A stretch of DNA of 64,000 bases from Rhynchobatus australiae (taxonomy: Eukaryota). Position numbers and translations under genes: made by a program. Under the pieces are notes generated by a model. The model was given only the letters and a program-made list of their open reading frames with translations, ran no database searches and had not been told where the DNA came from. Shown here one piece after another: positions 12,831 to 25,196 of the stretch (position 1 is its first letter; each line of letters opens with the position of its first letter). Location: contig JAUZTB010000107.1 in the NCBI GenBank assembly GCA_034780895.1, forward strand, positions 79,784,162 to 79,848,161. The letters are read 5' to 3'.

Positions 12831-13349
12831 GTACATAATAAAATTTAGCAAAATAGTCTATTCGTTTGGTTATTAGAACTTTGAAGAAAAACTATTGTCC
12901 AATATACTTGCACTTTTTCAAAAGTATTTTAATTGTCTCTCCAAATACTTACTCTCTCTTCCTGTGACTTGAATCTTTCACCATTCAGCATCCTAACAAC
13001 CCACTACACAAAATATTCTGTGTTTCCGTTTGTTCTTTTGAGAATGAGGTGTTAATCTCATAGTGCTTCATTTGTCACCATCTGTTGTTTAAGTACAGTA
13101 TGGTATCAATCTCATTCACAAAGTTTTTATTTATGCCTTAAACCAAGTCATTGCCAGCAAATGTAACTGAAGTTTCATTTTGCAGAAGCCCAATCTTCCA
13201 TGTTAAATTTATCTGATTTTAATTTGGGGAAAAAAAACTACATTAGATTAGTTTATCATTTAGAAATAGACTTTTCTGATGCAGTTTGAAACAAATCACC
13301 TTATTAGTTTAATATTCCTAATCGTAATATATCCAAAATACCTGAAGCA

Positions 13350-13715
13350 TCAGAATCAAGTTTACTATCACCTGCATGTCGTGAAATTTGTTGTTTTGCA
13401 GCAGCAGTACAGTGCAAGACATAAAAATTACTATAAGTTACAAATAAATAAATAGTGCAAAAGAGGAATAGCGCGATAGTGTTCGTGGACTGTTCAGAAA
13501 TCTGACGGAGGGGAAGCAGCTAAAACACTGAGTGTGGGTCTTCAGGCTCCTGTACCTCCACCCCAATGGTAGTAATGAGAAGAGGGCATGTCCTGGATGG
13601 TGAGGGTCCTTAATGATGGATGCTGCCTTCTTGAGACACGACCTCTTGAAGATGTCCTCGATGGTGGGGAGGGTTGAGCCCATGATGGAGCTGGCTGAGT
13701 CTACAACCCTCTGAA
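13350..13715 (-). mobile_element. Rex1/Babar LINE 3' end
   Basis: ORF 13438-13749: QRVVDSASSIMGSTLPTIEDIFKRSCLKKAASIIKDPHHPGHALFSLLPLGWRYRSLKTHT…SCFP, the typical Rex1/Babar C-terminus, followed by a 3' UTR. Confidence 0.85.
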
Positions 13716-15559
13716 AGGATGATGATCTTACTTTGTAATCAACCTTCATTAAAATAAAGTTTGTTTTAAATGTAATTACTGCAAACTAATCTGGAATATA
13801 ATATACATATTTGACTAATGACTATAAAATTAATTGCATCATTATATAGTTAATGTTTAATTCAGACATTGTTAACATTAGTGATATTTTGTACCAATGG
13901 ATAGTTTTAGATATAATGCTAAATGACACCTTTTCTTTAAGATGATTTGATCTGCTGTGCAGAACAGAAATTTGAAAGGCTAAAAATTGCTAGAGTTGTG
14001 AAGATAATAGATCTGCAGGGGCCTTGTTTTATTCTGAGTACAGTACATTGCTTGAGCTAATAAAATGTTCACACTGTCAGGATGAAACTACTTAGCATTC
14101 AGCATCATTTGGTGTGTTTTAAATGGGCTTTGCAGTTTAGTGTGTTAAGCAGCATGCTAATGAGATTTTTTTAGAATGAAGGTCAAAGTACTGGCAGTAA
14201 AACAATAATGTTCTGTATTTTGTAGAAAATTGAGTTGGATTATGTAATGGTGATAAGCTTGATTGTTATTGTCTTGAGCATTATTAATCACTAAGATAGA
14301 AATTTGTCCTCAATCACTTGCGCTAAATGTACAATATAGAAGCAGCTGAAGTCCATGGAGCTGAATTTCAGAAATAATTATAATGTGCAGCTGCAATGAA
14401 GAGGGGATGAACCTATTACCCAGTTTCTCTGTTTTGTTTTTGCTTCATCTGCTGTCTACATGATCTTACATTATTTGCATCAAGACATATCACCACAATC
14501 CCCTCTCATCCTGATAGATTTTGATAAACATGATATACATGTTAAGCAGATATCTAATGTATTAGGGTAGAAGAAAACATGCACTTAAATAGCATCTTTT
14601 ATATCCTAAAGACATCACAACGTGAATGATATCCAGTAGATTACTTCTCAAAAGCAGTCACAGTTGATATGCAGAAAAACAGTTGATGAGTGTTTTTGTC
14701 ACACTGCTTTATTGGATGATTGTAAATTGATAGATTTGATCCACAAGTACTGTTATTGCTTGCTCTAGATTACAGCCAGGTCATCAAGCAGAGCGAATCA
14801 CAAAATGACTAATTTCCTTACAAAGAGGAAGAGAACATTTTGCTCAGTGCTTGCAAGGATGTTGAAGACTTCAGCCATATATGTGGGGGCACCTTTGCCG
14901 AATTCTGTGAACTTACAGGTGTTCACTTTGTTCACAGCTTAAATGTAGTTTCTCCATTAGCTTGCCATCAGGAAAGATTTTACATTTCAGATAAGTAAAA
15001 TATAAGACGGCTGCGTTGAAGCATTTCTAAAACCATTATGTTGCAAACAATTAGACAACTTTTCTGATGTTACCACATGAGTCCTGAATAATTAGGAGAT
15101 TTCTAAATGATATTTTATATCATTTTAGATTGATATTGCTAACGTGGTTCTATTTCTGCAAGTTATTTCTCCTTTTTTGTCAGCACAAAACCAATTGCAT
15201 TGTCGTGCCATGATAATGGGAAGCATTTGTATGGAAAGTGGCAACAAAGCAAGAGGCTATGAAAGAAGAGAATGAAGTCCTTGCAAGAAGTAGGGTGGGA
15301 GGATATGTAGTCAAGATAACCATGGGACGATATGTAGTCAAGATAGCTGTGGGAGTCCTTGGGCCTTTAATGGATATTGGTCACTAACCCATCTCTTTTG
15401 ATGGACACGAAGAAGTTAAAAAAGAGAGAAGTCAGGTGGGCCTTGTGAAACTGAGGACAGGATAGAAGTTGACAACTAAGGTTAAAGTTCTGTGGCAAGA
15501 GTGGGAGGCGGTGTTCGTACACACTAGAAAGAGGTGGTGGAGAAGGACAGAGTAGGACT

Positions 15560-17815
15560 ATAACAAGGACTGTTCTCCACAAAGAGACAGGTGTAGCTTG
15601 GACCCACGCAGATTTCCATAACATTTGCTTTGATTTGGAGCACATCAATGACTCAGGACTCCATGTCATCAGATTAAACACAATCAAGGAAACTTCCTAC
15701 AGATTACCACTGATTGCATTCCTTTCGTTGATGAATCAGTTCTTCACCATGTTAAAACTGCCTGGAAGTAGCACTGGAAGTAGCAAGGGCAGAGAATGTA
15801 AGCTGGGTGGGGGACTTCAATGTCCATCACTAAGTAGCTCAGTACAATTGAAAGATTGTGAGTGGCACAGTGGCATAGCTAGTAGAGCCAGTGCCTCACA
15901 GCACCAGTGACCTGGGTTCAATCCTGATCTCGAGTGCTGTCAATGTGTCAGTATGTTCTCCTTATGACAATGTGGGTTTCCTCCAGGTTAAATTGTTTCC
16001 TCCCACATCCCAAAGACATTGATCATTTAATTGGCTACTCCAAATTTCTCCTAATTTGTAGGTTAGTGGTAGATTCTGGGTAGAGTTGACTAGAATGTAG
16101 GAAGAATATAAAAAAGGATTAGTGCAAGCAAGTGGTTGATGGTCAGTGTGGACTCAGTGGGCAAGAGGGCCTGTTTCTGTGCCTGTGCTATATCTTTCTA
16201 TGACTCTATCTGGTTGAGTCTTGAAGAAAGTAGATGTTGGACCAGGCTTTTGTCAGGCATTGAGGGAACCATCAAAAAGAATAAAACCTGGTGGATCATG
16301 ACCTCTTCGATGTATCTTTTACAGATGCATCTCTGTATGACTGGAATGGTTAGGAGTATTCACGGTAGTTTTAGTGGAAACAAAGTCTGTTCACACTGAA
16401 GATAAGCTCCATTATGTGGCAGGCCCTACCTCTTTTAATAGGATTGTTTGATAACATATCCAGCATGGATCAAAACTGAGCATCCATAAACTGTTGTGGG
16501 CCAAAGCAACAGCAGTCTACATTCCACCACAGATAGGCAGACTGCTGTGATTCCATACCCAGTGGATCAGATCAAAGTTCTACAGTCACCTCATAGCAAG
16601 ATGTGAATGATAGACAACTAAGCTTTTGGGAGGAGGTGGAGGAGGCTTCGAGGACATCCTCATTCTCAATGATGGCAAAACTCAGTATATGAATGCCAAA
16701 GATAAGACTAAAGTATTTGCTGCCATTTTCAGCCAGATGTGCCATGTAAATAACATAACGAAGTCTCCTCCTTTATCATCACAGAAGCCAATTTAATCTG
16801 ATACATAGGATAAAGAAATGATTGAAAGAACTAGATACATAAAAAGTCATTGGTATGACAACATCCTGATTGTACTGCTGAAGGCATGCGCTCCACAACT
16901 AACCACGGATCTAGCAAATTACTCCAGTACAACTACAGCATCAGCAACAATCCAACATTCTCTCAATTTGCTCAAATAGGTTCTGTCCACCAAGAGTTGG
17001 GCAGATCTAATCTGGCCAATTATTGGTCCATCAGTCTTTAATCAATTATCAGGAAAGTAGAGGAAGGCATTGTTGGTAGTGCCATCAAGTGACATTTGTT
17101 CACAAGCAAATTATTTACAGATGCACAGTTTGCATTCTGTCACAAACCTCATTTTAACCTTGGCCCAAATTTAGATCAGAGTTGAGTACTGATGTGAACA
17201 TAACTGATCTTAAAATCAGGGCAATATTTGAATAAGTGTGGTATCAAAATTCCTAGTAAAATAAAATTCAGAGAGATTAAGTGGAAAAACCTTCCACCAG
17301 CTGGAGATGTACTTAGCACAAGGAAGATAGTTGTGAATGTTGGGAGTCACCTCATCACTAGGACGTTTCTCAAGGCAGTATCCTAACTCTACAGCTGCTT
17401 CACCAGTGACATTCCTACATTATAAGTTCAGGAGTGGGGAAGTTGATTGATGATTGCACAATGTTCATTTCAATTCCCCGGCTCCTCAAATGATGAAGCT
17501 GCCTGTGTCTACTGGCAGCAAGTAATGGACAATGTTCCAGCATGGGCTGGTAATATTCAGACCACACAATTGCCAGGCAATGTGCATCTCTATCAAGAGA
17601 AAGTTTAGTTACCTCCTCCTGACATCAGGGCCAACTGCATAAATATTATGGCTATAAAAGCAGATCAGAGGTTGAATATTCTGTTGTGAGTGAGTCTCCT
17701 TTTGACTCCCCAAAACCTTTTTGTGATATACAAATTAGGAATGTAATAAAATATTCTCTCTTTACCTTGATGAATGCAGCTGCAACATTACTTAAGAAGT
17801 TTGTTACCATGAAAA
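15560..17815 (+). mobile_element. CR1/L2-group LINE ORF2 relic (EN+RT), interrupted by a SINE
   Basis: 'ggggacttcaatgtccatcac' (GDFNVHH, APE motif), 'gccaattattggtccatcagt' (NY.xIS), 'tctcaaggcagtatccta' (xQGSIL) and 'gatgattgc' (xDD). Many stops. Confidence 0.75.
15860..16210 (+). mobile_element. tRNA-derived V-SINE (HE1-like) with a CR1-type tail
   Basis: A box 'tggcatagctagtag', B box 'gggttcaatcc', V-domain 'tgggtttcctcc…tttcctcccacatcccaaagac', and tail 'gggcctgtttctgtgc…tatgactctat'. Confidence 0.85.
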
Positions 17816-17829
17816 GCAACCTGCTAATC

Positions 17830-18290
17830 TAATTTTCCTTGATTCCCTTAATTATTAAAAATGTATTGATCTTTGTCCAGTATATACTGAGTGACTGAGA
17901 ATCCACAGCCCTCCATGGTAGAGAATTCCACAGATTCACTGCCCTCCTGGTAAAGAAATTTCTCCTCATCTCATCACTGAACAATTGATCCCTTATTTTG
18001 AAATCAAGACCCATAGTTCTTGACATCATGGCCAGGGGAGCATAAACTCTGTATCTCAACCATTAGGCCCATAAGAATCTAATGTTTCAATGAGATGTCA
18101 TTCTTCTAATCTTGAGAAACTATTGGCCCAGTCTGCTGACTCTCTCCTCACATGGCCACCCCTGGAATCAATCTGGTGAATATTCACGATACTCCCTCGA
18201 CTGTAAGTATATACTTCCTTAAGTAGGGAGACCAGATCTGTAGACAATATTCCACATGCAGCCACATCAGGCCTCTATATAATTGGATTC
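17830..18290 (-). mobile_element. CR1 LINE 3' fragment
   Basis: ORF 17829-18059: RRNFFTRRAVNLWNSLP…KINTFL…GIK, the CR1 ORF2 C-terminus. Confidence 0.85.
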
Positions 18291-19577
18291 CATTATTAAA
18301 CCACACTGACCATCATCAATCATCAGTTGTGTTCCAGAGCACTGCAGGCCTGCCTGACCCTGGAGTTTGATTACCTTATCCATCACCGAGGGATGACGTA
18401 GTTGCAAATTTCCATAACCTGGCATGCCACCTTGGAGATTGTGCAATTTAGATATTGCTGCCATTGAAGAAACAGAACAACAACTTAAAGCCAGAAAGAA
18501 ACCTCGGATTTATATACTGCTTTAATGTTAAATTCCTCCCCTCTCAATACTGCTAAATCCGCTGCAGGATAGAAACAACATGTTCTAATGTGCCTCCAAA
18601 ATTCAGTTCTATTGAAGTTAACCGGGGATGAATTTCGATGCACATGAGATCATGGTAGCTACTCCCTCTTGAACAAGTGTGGTTCTTACAACCTCAGTAA
18701 GATCATGTACAGGAGTCCCTGAAGCCAACATGAGCTGCAACAGATGCACCATGCATTGCAGTCAATAGCCTTCATACAGGGCCTTGTAAAATCATAATTG
18801 GGAGCAGAAATTGCCATATCCCATGGTTGGCTGATTCTCGAGGATTGTAGATACTGAGTTGAAGCTGCTGATAAAAATGATAGCTTCAAAAAGCATCATA
18901 CTATGTAGATTATGAAATATTACATTTGAAGATTGACACAAGTGGCAGCTTTCCTGTTAGCAAACAGCATCATTGTAACCAATGACACTGATTTTACCTG
19001 GCTGAGCATGCCAGGCTCTGTTCACGTGTGCTTGCAATAATTCATATACAATATCGACCAATTATAATAACACAATGAATTTTTCACCTGCCTTGAATGA
19101 GGTTTTCACCACAGTAGTCCTTTCCACAGGCAAATAGCTGTACCACATTGAACGAGTGGAAATTCATGGTGAGCCATAATTTAATTCTCCTACCTTGCTT
19201 TTCTTACCAGAATTGGACCAAAATTTCACTGTTTAACTGCTTCAGTTTATTTTAATTATTAATAAAGTTTTTGTTTTTGACTTGAGATGTCATTTCTGAT
19301 TCTGTTCCTCTTCAACCATCCAAAGGAGTGAAGGGAACATGCCAGGCATACAGTGTGATTTCCAGGTAGTGATACTGGAATAAAAATCAATTGCTAACAA
19401 TAGGCATGGTACATGTGTGAATTCACAGGTGAATGAATGTTATGTAAATGTCCTGTTGCTGAAATAAAAAGTTAAAGTATGGGCAGAAAACTTGAATTAT
19501 GCAGGGTTATCACTACTTGGAGTTTTATTGCAGCAGATATTCCTGTTGGCCATGCTGTGTATCCTTAGACCATTGAC

Positions 19578-20873
19578 AACATAGAACATTTTGTGTTCCT
19601 TTGCTGCAATGTTCAATGTCTGTGCTGACCATGATGCCAAGTTAAATTAATCCCACCTGCCTGCACGTGATCCCTATTACTCCATTCCCTGCATGTTCAC
19701 GTGCCTGTCTAAATGCGTCTTAAACATCACTCTCGTATCTGCTTCCACCAACTCACCTGGCAGTGTGGTCCAAGCACCGACCACTTCCTGTGTATAAAAA
19801 AAAACTTGCCTCCNNNNNNNNNNNNNNNNNNNNNNNNNNNNNNNNNNNNNNNNNNNNNNNNNNNNNNNNNNNNNNNNNNNNNNNNNNNNNNNNNNNNNNN
19901 NNNNNNNNNNNNNNNNNNNNNNNNNNNNNNNNNNNNNNNNNNNNNNNNNNNNNNNNNNNNNNNNNNNNNNNNNNNNNNNNNNNNNNNNNNNNNNNNNNNN
20001 NNNNNNNNNNNNNNNNNCTCATTATAGTTAATACTGTCAAATCCAGGCCACATCCTGATGAACTTCTTCTGTACCCTGCTCAAAGCCTCCATAAGCTTCC
20101 TGTATGAAATGTCCAGAACTGCACAGAATATTCCAAATATGGCTAACCAACGTTTTATACAGTTGCAACATTACTTCCCAACTTTTAAATTCAGCACCCT
20201 GGCTGATGAAAAAAAGGCATGCTTTTTCCCTTCTTTACCACCCTATCTACTTGCCTTTCCACTTTCATGGAGCTATGTACTTGGACCCAAGATCCCTCTG
20301 TACATCAATGCTGTTCAAGATACTCCCATTTGCTCTCCCTTTTAAATTTGACCTCCCAAAGTGCAACACCTCACACTTGTCCGATTAAACTCCATCTGCC
20401 ATTTTTCTGCCCATATCTCCAACTGATATATATCCTGCAGTATCCTTTGACAGCCTTCTTCACTATCCACATCTCCACCAATTTTTGTGTTGTCTGCCGC
20501 TTACTAATCATCTTATCTACATTTTCATCCAAATTATTTATATATACATGTACACACAGACGACCTAGCACTGATCCCTACAGGACACCACTGGTCACAG
20601 ACCTCCAGTCAGAGAAACACGCCTCCGCCACTGCTCTCTGTTTTCTATGGCCAAGCCAATTTTGAATTTGAATGACCAAGTCACCATGTGTCTTAACCTT
20701 TTGGATCAGTCTACCACAGAGGACCTTGTCAAATGCCTTACTAAAGTCCACGTAGACAACATCCACTGTCATCTGCATTACTTCCTCAAAAATCTTGATC
20801 AAGTTTGTGAGACACGACCTGCCCGGACAAAGCCATGCTGCCTATCCCTAATCAGCTCATGCTTTTCCATGTA
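19578..20873 (-). mobile_element. CR1 LINE (RT and 3' end), with an N gap
   Basis: VDVVYVDFSKAFDKV…IQNWLGHRKQRAV…WRSVTSGV, YINNLDENV…ISK and ALSRVQKKFIRM. It ends ~150 bp upstream of the exon at 21025. Confidence 0.92.
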
Positions 20874-21024
20874 ATCCACTGCTCACTTGTACAGAAATTG
20901 AACAGAGATTTGGGGGTTGTTAAATACCTACATTATTAAATGTATTTCCTGTTTATCGTTCACGTAAATCCTCAATGAAAAGTACCTTGTTGTCCACCAA
21001 CAAAATAAATATTTTATTTTCCAG

Positions 21025-21221
21025 ATAAATATGTTATTGTTGGTAGTCACCATGGCAACAAAGAAGAAATGTGGACCAGCAGCACTTCCATCATTACTGA
21101 GATAATCAAATCTATAATGTCCCAGGTTCAGAAGAGGCAATGGCGGCCAAACCGTAGCATTTTGTTTTGTTCCTGGGGAGGAAGTACATTTGGCAACATT
21201 GGCTCATATGAGTGGGCAGAG
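21025..21221 (+). CDS. NAALADL2: NAALADL2 internal coding exon (197 bp, phase 1-0), M28 peptidase-like domain
   Basis: Acceptor attttattttccag|(21025) and donor GAG|gtatgg(21222). It encodes DKYVIVGSHHGNKEEMWTSSTSIITEIIKSIMSQVQKRQWRPNRSILFCSWGGSTFGNIGSYEWAE. This closely resembles recalled human NAALADL2 (DRYIIVGSHH...WRPDRTIVFCSWGGTAFGNIGSYEWGE) rather than FOLH1 (SWDAEEFG). Confidence 0.96.
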
Positions 21222-24200
21222 GTATGGATTATGATTTATTCTGAAATATGTTTCTTTTCTGTGAAGAACTTAGTTTGTTAGTTCAAAGTATATTCAATAG
21301 GTCATTAACTGTAATATGAAAATACATGTTGGTATATTTTGAACCATGTTCACTCCAGTACTGCTTCACTTAACAACACATGGTTCAATATCCTTTAAAG
21401 CCCCTTTGGTGTAAGTAAATCTTTTGAATGAACATTTTACAAAAAAAAACAGCTGTTTGGTACCAGCAGTTATTTGCCTAAGAGTATATAGTTTGAGATT
21501 CTATTAAATTTAAGTTAATAGATTTTGGTTTTTAATTTTTGTGCTAAGTCAAGATGAATAATAACAAAGCTGAAAAACCATAATGCTTTATTGCTTTGGA
21601 TATCTAATTTTAGTATAAACCACATGCAATACTGGTGCAACACCTCTAATAAAAAAAAATGAATGTCTCTCTGCATTCACAAAAATGTCCTCTTTTGATT
21701 TTCTTTGCAATATCTTATCGCTTCTGAAAGAAAGTTGAAGCTGTTTTGTGCTGCACACTCAACATAATTGTTGAGAGCTTGAAATGAATTTTTAATTTTT
21801 GTCAGATGTGCTCGTTTCCATATAATGTGGTGGAAACCACTGTGAATTGTTAAACAACAAAAGGGAAGAAGACAAGAGAATTGGGTTAAAGCAAGGGGAA
21901 AGTAAAAAAGGAAATTTCCAAACAGGTAGTTTGGGGGCACTTGGTAACTGAGGAAAACATGGGCCTGGGATAAGTAGGAAAACACATCCAGTAGCAATAG
22001 GGTCAATAAAGGAGACACTGGGAAATAGTGAAACTCAGAGAGGAGAGCAGAAGTAAGTAGGAATTGGAGGCGAGTATGTTCACCTCAACAAGTGCAGGCA
22101 GCTTGCTGCTCCCCAGAAATTTCACGTCCATTACACTCAGAACTGCGTGTCCTTATCCAGTCCCACACCAAGTTAGGCTCACTTATCATCACTGCCCCTG
22201 TGGATCTAAGATAGCAGATGGACATCCAGATTATGACCAATTTATTTCAATCCCTTCATAGGTCACCTCTTTCCTTTCCTCTACCATCCCAGTGCCAACC
22301 ATTTCTCCCAGAAATTTGTTCCTCTAACTTTGACGTCTTGCATCGCTACCTCCCACACATCAGCTGTTTCCTGGTGGTGCTTTCAGGTGTCGAGGCCCAA
22401 GACCTGACATTACATTCCTAAAACCCCCTCACTTCACTTTTCTTCCTTGAACTCTCTTTGTGCAAGTATTTGCATATCTCCTCCACATCCCATGTCACTA
22501 ATTACTCCAGAAGTGGCCTTCTGAAGTGACTTGAAACACCTTTCAGTTTAACAGGTACCATATTAGAAGTAATTTAATGTTTCGCACAGACCATTGACAA
22601 CATAAATGTTATGCAGTCGAAATCATAGGCTTGAAATTGACCGTCTGCCATAAGTACTAAGAATGGGAGAAGTTCACGTACTCTACTTATGAAGAACCGA
22701 GTACTTTTCATTGTGGCATGGTAATCAACACAAAGAGTTAATCTCTGGTGGTTGATAAGAAATTCTAAATTCTAAATGCTGATTTGAATCTAGCATTCAG
22801 TGAAAGTAAATTTATATACATAGTTTTGATAATTCAATGGGCATCAAATCAACTGTGTCCTTCAAAGTTTCCAATGAATATTCAATTTCAACATCATGTC
22901 TATCATATTAATGCAATACATGCACTTCTTCTAGAGCTAGAACATAAGCCAATGTTTTGAGCACAGAGATGTGTTGATACATGAGTGACTGGTAGTGCAA
23001 GGTGTAGAATGGAATAATATTATTAGAGTTTGCCAACATTCAGGTATGCAGCATGTGAACTCAACATGAATAATGTTTGCTACAGCTCAACCATGGTAGC
23101 ATCTGGGCTCTTTGTTTGACTGTAGTGTGAAGTGTTGAACATGTCTAACAAGCATGACTGCTTATTCAGATAACTCCTCCAGAAAGACTCCAGAAAAGCA
23201 GTCAACACCTGACAAGACTTAAAGAGGCTGAAGCATTAAAATGACTATTATCATTTTATAATCAATCTACCATATACAAGAGCCACAAATATTCAATGTT
23301 CCAATCCACTGTTTCTTGATCAATTAGATGTAGTAAATTAAACCATCAGTGACAATTATGATTACTTTTCTGACCAGTGACCCCTCTAAGTACCAATGTG
23401 GTGAAAGTGATAACAGATCTGAATGTATTAGGATGTCCAAAGCCAAGAAAATGATGAGCAGAGGCTAATATTTTCCAAACACAAGGTGGAGGACACAATG
23501 TCAAGAGTATCAATTAGCTGGAAGAAATCCTCATGTAAGGTGGTAGATCTGGAATTGGATGATGGCTCAATACAGTGGCTGGAAACTGAAAGATGCTGGC
23601 ACAGTATCAACAGAAATTTCTAATAAGCCGAATAGAAATTTGCATTCAACCATCAAGCAAAGGAAGGAANNNNNNNNNNNNNNNNNNNNNNNNNNNNNNN
23701 NNNNNNNNNNNNNNNNNNNNNNNNNNNNNNNNNNNNNNNNNNNNNNNNNNNNNNNNNNNNNNNNNNNNNTAAGTAGGAATTTGAGAATACCAATCACTGC
23801 AAGGGAAATGAAAGAATGGGGAAACTGGATAACAGAAAATGAGAAGAATGAGTGAAACAGTGCAATGAGGAAGAATATGAAGTAATAGGTAAATATGAAT
23901 TGTGAAAGTATATTGATCATTCTCACTTTTATTCATGTATTATTCGTGTATATAAATGAGAGCTCAAATGGCCAGCCATGGTGAACAGAGTGGGAACTAA
24001 CAGCTAGCGCATGTTTCTGAGTGCTGCCAATCACAAACGTGGTCATCATGTGACCTCTGCCTTCTAAATTAGGGAGAATCATAGAATGATAATGCAAAGT
24101 AGGAGTTAATTCAGTCCATCTCACTTATACCAGTTCATTTCTAAAACTAATCAATTAATTACATTCCACTGCAATTTTCCCATGTTCCTGTATTTTTTCC

Positions 24201-24448
24201 CTCCTGGCATTTATCCAATTCTTGCTTGACTATTGCCATTGAATCTGCTTTTATGAAATTTTCACTTCATGGACTCCAGATCACAACAACTCATCAGATA
24301 AAGACAATTGCCCAGAAATTTCCCTGCATACAGCAAGAATTGTATCTGCTATGCAAGTGAACTTTATCTAAAACCCATTTGTTAAACGTGGTTGAGTATT
24401 TTGTATATGTGCAGCCCAGATATGAAATATGAACTGTGTGAGATGTGC

Positions 24449-25196
24449 ATACCGACAGAACACATACAGTGATATCAGTCAGCAAACAGCACACAACTCA
24501 TAATTTTCAACTGGCTGCTTTGGTTCCCAAGCAATGTGGATCCAGAACGCAGGAGCAGTTATCAACCAAAAGGCCTTTACCTGCCTTGCTAATCACCAGG
24601 GATATCAAAACATTGATCTTTTTGCAGTAATTGTCCCATCTTCTATATCTCTGCCCTGTTATGCACCTCAACTCCCCAATATTCACCCTTCTACCCTGAT
24701 CCCCTCTCCACCATTGATACTTTCTCCATTATAATCTACTCCCCAACACACTCTATCTGCCTTCTTCACCTTCCCCTCGGTTGGATGATCATGATGGAAA
24801 GGCTGTTGCATATGAGTATGTGTGCAAGGCATGTTTTAGTGCACATGACACATTATCCTCATTGTGGGCTCAATTCTCCAATTCACACTTACATTGGAAG
24901 GCGATCTTGTTGCCTGGAGTGTGGATTGCCGTGCATCTATTTTTTTGTTCAGATATTTGACCAGATTTTCATTTGCAACTTGCTTGTACCTTTTATTTGA
25001 ATTAAGGATATGTGGTCCTGCATATACCAAAGATTATATCAATGGAAAAGTGATTGCTTTGCTTCCAACAATACCAACAGAACACATACAGTGATGTCAG
25101 TCAGCAAACAGCACACAACTCATAGTTTTCAACTGGCTGCTTTGGTTCCCAAGCAACGTGGATCTAGAACGCAGGAGCAGTTATCAACCACAAGGC
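24449..25196 (+). repeat. Direct repeat pair, 126 bp each (24449-24574 and 25071-25196), 6 mismatches
   Basis: Direct base-by-base comparison shows an ungapped match of ~95% identity, with a 496-bp spacer. Confidence 0.92.

Larger units (their letters stand above)
415..21024 (+). other. NAALADL2: GT-AG intron of NAALADL2 (20,610 bp including N gaps)
   Basis: Canonical ends; the peptide is continuous across the junction (…INP|D KYV…), so no exon needs to be missing. Confidence 0.88.

Noticed and set aside
12446-12838. 130-aa plus-strand ORF
   Set aside because: No recognisable domain or splice context; probably the antisense of a decayed LINE.
15860-15930. tRNA-like A and B boxes (also at 58940 and 61235)
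   Set aside because: These are SINE heads continuing into the V-domain, not tRNA genes; no complete cloverleaf is evident.
24025-24060. CCAAT plus a GGTCA-n5-TGACC inverted half-site pair
   Set aside because: The spacing is not the 3 nt of an ERE, and short motifs like this are expected by chance in 64 kb.
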